This document shows, in pieces, positions 53,239-61,546 of a stretch of DNA of 64,000 nt. The DNA is from Candidatus Cloacimonadota bacterium. GTDB lineage: Bacteria > Cloacimonadota > Cloacimonadia > Cloacimonadales > Cloacimonadaceae. The stretch is from positions 10,952 through 74,951 of the forward strand of contig JAEWNJ010000115.1 in the NCBI GenBank assembly GCA_023392795.1, in the 5' to 3' direction. A program made the translations under genes and the position numbers. The notes beneath the pieces were generated by a model that searched no databases, was not told the DNA's origin, and saw only the letters and a program-made list of their open reading frames with translations. Position 1 is the stretch's first letter, and the number at the start of each line of letters is the position of its first letter.

Positions 53239-53508
53239 GGCCGGAGGCCGAGAAAATCAAGCGACTGCAGCGGTTCGCCCTCCCATAGGATTCGACACGT
53301 CCCGTGTCGAAAGCGAGCAACGCTCGCTTCTCAAAAGATAAGCAGCTGCGCTGCTTATCTTTTCTCGGCCTCCGGCCTCGTTCGACACAACCGGGGTCCC
53401 CAAGGCGGAGCAAAGCGAAGTCTTGGGGTGGAGCCGGGGTCCCCAAATCGGAGCGCAGCGAAGGTTTGGGGTGGAACTGGCGTGTCGAATCCTATGGGAG
53501 GGCGAACC
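53239..53508. repeat. GC-rich island of interleaved perfect inverted repeats, small hairpins and a 43-nt tandem duplication
   Basis: 28-bp inverted repeat 53272-53299/53481-53508. 18-bp inverted repeat 53239-53256/53360-53377. Tandem units 53391-53433 and 53434-53476. Hairpins at 53293-53309, 53313-53327 and 53337-53361. Confidence 0.85.
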
Positions 53509-53593
53509 GCCGTTCGCCCCTACAGTGGGTGATGTGATGAAGGGATTCAAACAGGCGCTACGGCGAGCGCCGGTACATTCGCGGCGCAGCCGC

Positions 53594-56074
53594 CTATTTC
53601 ATAAGAAGCATTCTCTTGGTTTGGGTATTCTTGGGGCTGCTGACGCGGTAGAAATATACGCCGCTGGCTACAGCCTGATTATTCATGTCTCTGCCGTCCC
53701 ACACCACACTGTGCATTCCGGCAGGCATCTCAGCATTGACAAGGCTCTTGACCAATTGTCCCTTGATGTTATAGATGTCAAGCTGCACATTCGAGGCTTC
53801 CGGTAAGCTGTAAGCGATGGTGGTAGTGGGATTGAAGGGATTGGGGTAGTTTTGCTTAAGCATCAGCTTATCCAGAACAGGCAGCTCCGGATCATCCACT
53901 GATACATAGGACTCCGAACCATATTCAAAGCATCCCATATCGATCCTGCCATCCCACACCCGGTGATTGCCGGCCAGGTCATAGGGAAGCAAAGCCAGGC
54001 CCGTGGTATCGGGAGTGGCAGCGTTTATGCATGGTGAGGATGCAGCTAGCTGCGCAAAAAAGGGACTCTCGGAATGTAGGCTGTAAAATTCTGGATTACC
54101 GCTGATATTGGTATCTGAATAATAGACGTTAGTATTAGATAGATCGCTCAATATTCCTGCTATGCCATTTCGGATATTATTGTAATCAAGATATGCATTG
54201 GAGATAGGAACAATGGGGGGAGAATTCATAACCAAAAGCTCGTATGTGCACTCAGGATTGTAGAAGATATTGTTATGCAACTGAATATTGCCGATAAGGT
54301 TAACTGCTGCCGGCCAGCCATAATTATTGATGAAAGTGTTATTGCTGAGCTTAAAACTATCTATACTCCTATTAGAAAAATGTATCGGACGGTAAATGTC
54401 TGACGATAGATTACTAAAGAGGCAATTGCTGATATTAACGTCAACAGGATTATTATCGCTGCGCCCATTTGAAATGTTTAAAGCAGGTTGCTGAGGAGCT
54501 GTAAAAAAATCTCGGAACACACAATTTTGTACTGCAATATTCTCTGTTACATTCACGTCAAACATGGTCATTGGCTCTCCATCAGGATCATTGAATACGG
54601 AAGCTATGTTACTGAATTCGCAATCAACAATAGAGCCACTTATCATATCCGGACTGTATACCCCCCCAATTTCCTGAGCACTTACATTCGCAACTTTCAC
54701 TTTTTCTAATTTGATGTTATGTGGAGCCAAAAGTAGAATGCTGCCAAGTTCATTTACAACAGAATCCGATATAATAATATCAGATAGTAATATGTTCTTA
54801 GATGTGCCACTTAGCCTGATATGCATAATCGGTTCTGTTATCGTTGCAGAAATTGATAGCCCCGCTAATGTTATATCTGACCTTTGTGTACCATTTATCA
54901 CCCCATTGGTTATTCCATCCATACTACTTGTTACAACAATGGAAGTTATGCTCGATCCTCCTCCGATGATATTTACATATGACTTCAATGGGATCGGAGG
55001 GCATAGCTGATCCTCACTTGTGTATGTCCCTGGCAGTATGTGTACGGTTTTTTTGTTAGTACTGTCTGCCGCTATCTTATGTACTGCCTTGGCGATAGTT
55101 TTCATGGCTTGTTCCGGAATTAAACCGCTGTTGTCGTCGTCCCCCTCAGGACTTACATAGATATCGCAGTTTACTTCCTGCCGAAAAGCGCGAAGATAAT
55201 GATAGTTATCACTGTAACCCTGTGTAGCCGTGAAATTGGCATGACGGCCAAAGTAGAAATCACCCGGATTAGGAACCGAGACCATATCCAGATAGATCTC
55301 CAGATTGGTCATCAGATCGGTTACCATGATGTCACAAGGGTTTGTGCTGTAGTTTTCGTACACGGAGCAGCGATTGACCTCATCGAAAACGATGTCTGGG
55401 GTGACACTTCTGGTACTCATGATGAAAATGCCACCTCCCGAAGCGGAGGCATGATTGCCGTGAACCTTGGTTCCAGCCAGATATAGTGAGGACTTATAGG
55501 CTGAAATACCTCCTCCCAATACTGCCCGGTTATTATTGATTACGCAGTTTATGATACTCACGCTGCAATTTGTACGGATAAAAACTCCACCACCCCATCT
55601 CTCGTCCTGAGCCCCAAAGGGATGACCGATGCCGTGTTCCAGGGTTAGCCCCCGCAGGGTAACGCCTTGTTCTTCATTGACGAATCTCACGCAAGGATTG
55701 GCGTTGTTGCCATCGATGATCGTGGTACTGATGAAGCTGCTGTCACCGGTGGCTGCTTCCAAAGAGCAGAGGGTGATTATCTTACCGCCAAACACTACAT
55801 TCTCAAAATACCTGCCCGGATACACCATGACTGTATCACCATTATTACAATCATTGATTGCGCTCTGGATGCTGGTGTAATCCTGTGAACCATCCAGGGC
55901 TACGGAGCGGGTTAGGGCGGATAAAGGAAGTACAAAGATAATGCACAGAGGAATATAAATAATCAGGAATCGGAAAGCCCAATTATAACTGAGCATAAGC
56001 CGGAGATGATCTGTCAGAGCCGGCATGAATGCCAGAGTACTTATAGTTGTATTGCTTTTTCTGGATGTCTTCAT
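53594..56074 (-). CDS. large right-handed beta-helix surface protein with C-terminal T9SS/FlgD-Ig-type sorting domain (cassette copy 1, gene 2)
   Basis: Same architecture as 49359-51851. ATG 56074 (MKTSRK) aligns with the paralog start and follows GAGGA. C-terminus NYPNPFNPTTTIAY...IYNIKGQLV...GVYFYRV. Confidence 0.75.
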   Translation of the reverse strand: MKTSRKSNTTISTLAFMPALTDHLRLMLSYNWAFRFLIIYIPLCIIFVLPLSALTRSVALDGSQDYTSIQSAINDCNNGDTVMVYPGRYFENVVFGGKIITLCSLEAATGDSSFISTTIIDGNNANPCVRFVNEEQGVTLRGLTLEHGIGHPFGAQDERWGGGVFIRTNCSVSIINCVINNNRAVLGGGISAYKSSLYLAGTKVHGNHASASGGGIFIMSTRSVTPDIVFDEVNRCSVYENYSTNPCDIMVTDLMTNLEIYLDMVSVPNPGDFYFGRHANFTATQGYSDNYHYLRAFRQEVNCDIYVSPEGDDDNSGLIPEQAMKTIAKAVHKIAADSTNKKTVHILPGTYTSEDQLCPPIPLKSYVNIIGGGSSITSIVVTSSMDGITNGVINGTQRSDITLAGLSISATITEPIMHIRLSGTSKNILLSDIIISDSVVNELGSILLLAPHNIKLEKVKVANVSAQEIGGVYSPDMISGSIVDCEFSNIASVFNDPDGEPMTMFDVNVTENIAVQNCVFRDFFTAPQQPALNISNGRSDNNPVDVNISNCLFSNLSSDIYRPIHFSNRSIDSFKLSNNTFINNYGWPAAVNLIGNIQLHNNIFYNPECTYELLVMNSPPIVPISNAYLDYNNIRNGIAGILSDLSNTNVYYSDTNISGNPEFYSLHSESPFFAQLAASSPCINAATPDTTGLALLPYDLAGNHRVWDGRIDMGCFEYGSESYVSVDDPELPVLDKLMLKQNYPNPFNPTTTIAYSLPEASNVQLDIYNIKGQLVKSLVNAEMPAGMHSVVWDGRDMNNQAVASGVYFYRVSSPKNTQTKRMLLMK

Positions 56075-56102
56075 ATCATATATTCCTCTGTGTTCCATTA
56101 TG

Positions 56103-58802
56103 TTACTTCAGCATGAGCATCTTTTTGGTGAGGCTCTTGCCGCCTGTGGTTAAGCGATAATAATAAACGCCACTGGAGCACTTATTGCCCCGGGAATCCT
56201 TGCCATCCCAGACCACGGTATGCGGGCCGAGAGAATCTCGTTTGTTCAAAAGCTGCTTAACAAGCTGTCCCTTCAGATTGTAAACTGATAACCGCACATC
56301 CCCGTCCTCAGGTAAATCATAGCTGATATTCGTAGTGGGATTGAAGGGATTGGGGTAGTTTTGCTTCAGTCCGACCAGAGGTGAAACACTAGTACAATTC
56401 TGGGGATCAGAAATTGCCAGGAAATAGTATGGATTTGTGTTTTTTGACATTTGCAATTGCTTGCTGTCCATGCGGTAGATTTTCTTGGTGGATGCTCCGG
56501 ACTTTGAAGGGTAGTAGAATACCAGGAAGGAATTCTCCGGCGTAATCTCTTCTCCCTCATCCAGATATGCGCAAATATGCAACAGACTATCTTCCACTAC
56601 CACCGCGCCCTTGCAGATATCATTTACATACAGACCAATCTCAGCCGGCAATTCTGCATCTTTACTTTGCGGCAAAGTTACGTAGAAAGGAGTATAGGAG
56701 GATTTCCCATCATAGCTGAATGCGGTTGGAGTGCTAAGGGTGAAGGGACGGACCGGATTGGGATTGTTCCAGGAAAAGGAGCAATCCTGGTCACTATACA
56801 GGATTACCAAGTCGCCGTAATTCAGAACAAAGCTCTTAGCGTGAATCCAGGAGCCATTGGGTTGCTTGATCATGGTCCATCTTTGGGTTTCGATGCGATA
56901 CACATGGTCAAGTACGGCGGCGAGCGCGTCCAAAGGCTTAGCGCTTTCTCGCTGGAAATAGCCCACCCAATTATCGCCGTATGAACCGTAACTATGCAAA
57001 TCTAGCACTGTTTCGGGTGGAATTAAAGATCCGGGTGTATGGATACTTATCAGGTCCGGGCAATCTTCCTGGAGCAGAACTTTGTAGCCTTGATGGCTGT
57101 TGACAATCTCATTACCCAGTATTAGCTCTCCACCACTATGCCTCATCTCATGTATGCTTGCCTGCTGGAATGGCTTATACATAACGTAGTCCAGAATATC
57201 TATATCAACTATTGGTTCAAAGAAAACTTCATTAACGCATGCATCAGTAGTTATGTCGTTCAATACCGGGAAGCACATCCATTTTGGAACTGTTGAGCCG
57301 GGTTCTGGCATCGTGTACCTGTCATAGTCGTGGGCAATCAGATATGGCCTTGCCCCCATATCTATCGGAGTTAGATCAAGTTCGTCCAAGACCTCTGGGT
57401 TGCCGCGGTCAATACATGGGCTGACGGCTACGGTGTCCCATCTCAGATTGTAACTGCTTTCATAAGAGCTTACAAACAGGGGATCAAGATCGATACTGCC
57501 ATCACCTTCGTCATTGTAAATATTTGAATCATGGGCATCATTTACACAGCAAAAACGGATTGGGATCATGATTGGGATAAAAACTCCCTGATTGTTGAAG
57601 GAACCACCATACAACTGCTGTATCTGTGTAGTGTTTTGATTGAATAAATTAGTCCCAGAAGTATTGTCATAGATAATGTTGTTGTTTATGGTTCCCCGGA
57701 TATGCTCCTCATCAGTTAGTCTGAGTATCCCTACTGCACAGTTCACATAAGGGCTAAAAACGCTTGATTCTTCAATAATCCTGTTATCTGTGATGGTGCA
57801 TTGGTTGATTTCCACATGATTATACCCACTTTCTCCTGGCACAATCACATGAAGCCCTCTTTGAATCTGGATTGTGGTTCTAAAAGGCCAATCAAATGTA
57901 GCCATCTGATCATTGATAGTTTTAGTAACATTATCGAATACTTCACAATATTCCATAATCAATCCGATATCATTAACAGCACAGGTATTGCGCCACACAA
58001 GAGCTGCAGCATTCCCGTAACACAAAGGGTTGTATAGCTCATGTTCTTGGTCCAGGAAAGATCTGTTTGAGTAGATCTTGCAGTGGGAAATCGTGCTATA
58101 ACCTCCAGCGAGGTACACTCCAGCGCCCTTAGATCCGTTTACAAGACCTCCGCCATGTGTATCAGGAGGCAATACTGAGTGTAGAAAATACAGAGCGTTA
58201 TCATGGATATTGGTGTTCGAAACCACGATGCTGGCATACAATCCGTAGATTCCTCCACCCCAACAAGCATAGTTTTCATATACATCGCACCATTTCATGC
58301 TCACATGCTGTTCCAAAGATGCTGTTCCAATTACGCAGATTCCTCCGCCCATTGTCCAGTTTTCCGGGTTTACCTGAGATTCCACAAAATGTCCCTTACC
58401 ATTTGTGATGCTCAACCCATAGAAACTGATTGTTGCATTGGCAGCACAATTTTTGATGTAGAACACGGGGTCGTAAGACTGGTCCATTCCACGAATTACA
58501 GTTGACTGTATTACTTCATCATTCCCTAAATCCGGATTATAGGTACTCCTAAAATTCAAGTTGCGTAGAAAACCTATAAGCTCAATATTCTCGTTGTACA
58601 CTCCCGGAAGTATGACTATATCATCAACGGTTGCATCTTCCCAAGCCTGGGTCACAGCTGCGTTCACATTTGCGAATGGGTGCTGTTCAGATCCGTCAGG
58701 ACTAATCGCGGTTGAGTTTATATCGACATATAACGATGTAGCCCATCCTGAACAGATGGTAAACAAAAAAATAACAATCAGCAATGCTTTGCTAGAGCGC
58801 AT
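56103..58802 (-). CDS. 901-aa beta-helix surface protein with C-terminal T9SS/FlgD-Ig-type sorting domain (cassette copy 1, gene 1)
   Basis: Signal peptide MRSSKALLIVIFLFTICSGWA. ILPGVYNENIELIG beta-helix start. C-terminus NYPNPFNPTTNISY...VYNLKGQLV...GVYYYRL. See the poly-C finding for an alternative upstream start. Confidence 0.75.
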   Translation of the reverse strand: MRSSKALLIVIFLFTICSGWATSLYVDINSTAISPDGSEQHPFANVNAAVTQAWEDATVDDIVILPGVYNENIELIGFLRNLNFRSTYNPDLGNDEVIQSTVIRGMDQSYDPVFYIKNCAANATISFYGLSITNGKGHFVESQVNPENWTMGGGICVIGTASLEQHVSMKWCDVYENYACWGGGIYGLYASIVVSNTNIHDNALYFLHSVLPPDTHGGGLVNGSKGAGVYLAGGYSTISHCKIYSNRSFLDQEHELYNPLCYGNAAALVWRNTCAVNDIGLIMEYCEVFDNVTKTINDQMATFDWPFRTTIQIQRGLHVIVPGESGYNHVEINQCTITDNRIIEESSVFSPYVNCAVGILRLTDEEHIRGTINNNIIYDNTSGTNLFNQNTTQIQQLYGGSFNNQGVFIPIMIPIRFCCVNDAHDSNIYNDEGDGSIDLDPLFVSSYESSYNLRWDTVAVSPCIDRGNPEVLDELDLTPIDMGARPYLIAHDYDRYTMPEPGSTVPKWMCFPVLNDITTDACVNEVFFEPIVDIDILDYVMYKPFQQASIHEMRHSGGELILGNEIVNSHQGYKVLLQEDCPDLISIHTPGSLIPPETVLDLHSYGSYGDNWVGYFQRESAKPLDALAAVLDHVYRIETQRWTMIKQPNGSWIHAKSFVLNYGDLVILYSDQDCSFSWNNPNPVRPFTLSTPTAFSYDGKSSYTPFYVTLPQSKDAELPAEIGLYVNDICKGAVVVEDSLLHICAYLDEGEEITPENSFLVFYYPSKSGASTKKIYRMDSKQLQMSKNTNPYYFLAISDPQNCTSVSPLVGLKQNYPNPFNPTTNISYDLPEDGDVRLSVYNLKGQLVKQLLNKRDSLGPHTVVWDGKDSRGNKCSSGVYYYRLTTGGKSLTKKMLMLK

Positions 58803-58814
58803 TGCCACTAGTGT

Positions 58815-58825
58815 GGGGGGGGGGG
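58815..58825 (-). repeat. homopolymeric tract G11 (C11 on coding strand) in the leader of the 901-aa gene
   Basis: Counted directly. Lies between SD-led ATG 58845 and ATG 58802. Confidence 0.9.
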
Positions 58826-59318
58826 AGCTGATGTGTATTGATCATGGTTTGATCTCCTTTTTTTTGTTCCGGTTCATCCCGGTATTTTTGCAAGAGAATG
58901 ATCTGTTCATCAACACCGATTCAGTTTCAATAACACACGGGTTCAGATTGCAGCTTCGGCACTTTTATAAAGCTGACGACATTTTTCAGACCTATTTGGT
59001 AATGTCAAGAGATATTTTGTCGTCTTCTGAAACATCCCAAAAATTCAGGTCATTTCAGAGTGCATGGGAAAGTAGAATAATTGGTACTAAAAGAATTATA
59101 GTGTGACAGAACACTCCCTGATGCGCAACTTTGCGTGATTATGCCAATGAATTGGACTGCTGATCTCCCTTGACACATAATCACTCGTTAATTAGCTGCA
59201 TATTTATGAAAAAGAACTGGCTCATACCTGATTACCTCCATCATGACTAGGCTTACCAAGCCAAAAGTATGGCGGGATTACCCGGATGGGATTCGGAGGA
59301 TTTGACCTGCGGTAACCG

Positions 59319-59417
59319 TCTGCTGGTTCACAGGCCACCTGCAACTCAGTTGGAACTCTCCTGCATCTCACGTGAGAGGAGTCCAGGAGGCTTGCTAGTT
59401 GCGAGCGAACCAGAAGA
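59319..59417. repeat. 99-nt structured element, copy B
   Basis: See copy A. Helices TCTGCTGGTTC/GAACCAGAAGA, CTCCT/AGGAG and the palindrome TCTCACGTGAGA. Confidence 0.75.
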
Positions 59418-59482
59418 GATGAACAGCTCTTCATCCTCTTCTTTTTCTTGACCACAAAGCCACTGTTGTGGAGATTGATCTG

Positions 59483-60544
59483 ATGAAGAGAATCATCCAC
59501 ATTGATATGGACGCTTATTTCGCTGCGATCGAGATCCGCGAGAATCCCTCGCTAAAGGGTAAATGCGTGATCGTGGGCGGCTCGCCGCACAGCCGGGGTG
59601 TGGTTTCCACCTGCTCCTATGAGGCGCGTAAGTACGGCGTGCACAGCGGGATGAGTTCATATCAGGCTTGGAAGCTTTGTCCCCAGGGAGTTTTCGTGCA
59701 TAGCAGCTTCCATCTCTATAAAGAGATCAGTCGCCAGGTGAGAGATATCTTCTATCAGGTGACCGAATTGGTGGAGCCCATGAGCTTGGATGAGGCCTAT
59801 CTGGATGTGACTGAAAACAAGCTTGGGGAGAGCGATCCAGCCGTCATCGCCAGATGGATAAAGGATGAAGTATTTCGGCAAACTCAGCTAACCTGCTCTG
59901 CCGGGGTTTCTTACAACAAGTTTTTGGCGAAGATCGGATCGGACATGAACAAACCGGACGGACTTACTGTGATCAATCCCGAGGATGTGCAGAATATTCT
60001 CTTTCACCTGCCCATCGGTAAGTTTCACGGCATCGGCAAAGTGACGGCAGCCCGTATGAAAAAGATGGGTATTCACAATGGGGAAGACCTCTATCAGCGA
60101 GACATGAGGGAACTCATCAAACACTTTGGCAAGGCTGGATTGTTTTATTACAATGTGGTGCGGGGTATCGATGAACGGGAATTGCACACCAGTTGGGAAC
60201 CGAAATCAATCTCTTGTGAAAGTACTTTTTACGAGGATATCGGGGATATGCAGGAACTGCTGGAACAGCTTCGACGCCTTTGCGATAAACTGGCTACCCG
60301 CATGAGTTTCAAAAACATCCAGGGGCAAAACCTGGTCTTGAAGCTGAAGTATGACAATTTTGAGTTGATCACCCGCAGTATGAGTTTACCGGAAATGACC
60401 AATGAACGGGAAATCCTGTATCAATACGCCGAGCAATTGATGGTGGGAAACTGGGACGCAGAGCGTAAGGTGCGTTTGATCGGGATCGGAGTTGGCAAGC
60501 TGGACAATCGCAGCGACAATGAGCAGCTGACTTTCCTCCCCTGA
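59483..60544 (+). CDS. dinB: DNA polymerase IV (Y-family)
   Basis: MKRIIHIDMDAYFAAIE, SLDEAYLDV and a little-finger region. ATG 59483 is preferred over the GTG at 59468. Confidence 0.9.
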   Translation: MKRIIHIDMDAYFAAIEIRENPSLKGKCVIVGGSPHSRGVVSTCSYEARKYGVHSGMSSYQAWKLCPQGVFVHSSFHLYKEISRQVRDIFYQVTELVEPMSLDEAYLDVTENKLGESDPAVIARWIKDEVFRQTQLTCSAGVSYNKFLAKIGSDMNKPDGLTVINPEDVQNILFHLPIGKFHGIGKVTAARMKKMGIHNGEDLYQRDMRELIKHFGKAGLFYYNVVRGIDERELHTSWEPKSISCESTFYEDIGDMQELLEQLRRLCDKLATRMSFKNIQGQNLVLKLKYDNFELITRSMSLPEMTNEREILYQYAEQLMVGNWDAERKVRLIGIGVGKLDNRSDNEQLTFLP

Positions 60545-60595
60545 TAATGACCTACCACAATTGTACATCGTAAATCGTACATTGTACATTGTACA

Positions 60596-61546
60596 TCACA
60601 GGCTGTGGCTGAAGAAGTTCAGCAGGTGTTCCCTGATTTCATCCGCGCTCTGGCAGTGGTTGATCGTGTTACGAAGTTCCGCACCTCCGGGCAGGCCTTT
60701 GGTGTAATGACAAAGTTGAGAGCGCATTTCCCGCACCACCACGTCTTCGCGCTTATCTTCCAGGGAATACTTCAGATGCTTTAGCGCAGTATCCAATAGA
60801 TCGCCTTTGGTGATAGGATCATAGCTGTCGTGGCTGATGAATTGTTTGATCTGCTTGAATAACCAGGGTTTACCCAATGCCCCGCGTCCGATCATGATGC
60901 CGTCGCAGGCAGTACATTGCTTCATTTGCAGAGCAGTCTCCGGGGAAGACACATCACCATTACCGATCAAGGGGATGCTGAGCCTTTGTTTCAATTCCCG
61001 GATGTGCTCCCAATTGCTTAGCCCGGAAAACATCTGTTTCTGAGTTCGGGGATGCAGACAGAGCAGATCAGCTCCGGCGTCCTGCATTTTCATGCCGAAA
61101 TCGAGAAAGTTTATGCTGTTACTATCCCACCCGCTGCGAAACTTGACCGAGACTGGGATCCTTCCAGCCAATGCCCTTTTCACTTCTTTGACCATCTCCA
61201 CAGCCCGGGGGACATCCTTCATCAAGGCGGATCCGGCACCGCGCCTTACCACTTTTTTTACCGGGCAGCCCATGTTTATATCTATCCAATCCGGATTCAT
61301 GGGAATCAGGAATTCGGCGGCTTTTGCCATTACCGATGGATCGGAACCGAATAGCTGGATCACAAAGGGCCGTTCATACTCACTGAAACGGATGAAATCG
61401 ATAGTCTTACGCGAATCGCGGATCAGGCCGTCGGCGCTTACCATCTCACTTACCAGATAGTCCACGCCCCAGTCCTTGCACAGACGGCGAAAAGCGGCGT
61501 CGGTGTAACCTGCCAGAGGAGCCAGATAGAGCGGGATATCAGCCAA
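60596..61546 (-). CDS. dusB: tRNA-dihydrouridine synthase
   Basis: LAPLAGYTDAAFRRLC, DINMGCP and LHPRT motifs. Confidence 0.85.
   Translation of the reverse strand: MADIPLYLAPLAGYTDAAFRRLCKDWGVDYLVSEMVSADGLIRDSRKTIDFIRFSEYERPFVIQLFGSDPSVMAKAAEFLIPMNPDWIDINMGCPVKKVVRRGAGSALMKDVPRAVEMVKEVKRALAGRIPVSVKFRSGWDSNSINFLDFGMKMQDAGADLLCLHPRTQKQMFSGLSNWEHIRELKQRLSIPLIGNGDVSSPETALQMKQCTACDGIMIGRGALGKPWLFKQIKQFISHDSYDPITKGDLLDTALKHLKYSLEDKREDVVVREMRSQLCHYTKGLPGGAELRNTINHCQSADEIREHLLNFFSHSL

Noticed and set aside
53272-53310. GGATTCGAC motif reminiscent of the tmRNA 5' region
   Set aside because: The motif is part of a perfect 28-bp inverted repeat. There is no tRNA-like acceptor/T-arm with CCA, no tag reading frame and no pseudoknot series.
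53108-53806. Cluster of overlapping 77-127-aa ORFs in both strands (53108-53446, 53215-53532, 53257-53550, 53304-53537, 53423-53806)
   Set aside because: They are generated by the GC-rich inverted and tandem repeats. They mirror each other on opposite strands and lack SDs. They are treated as non-coding repeat DNA.
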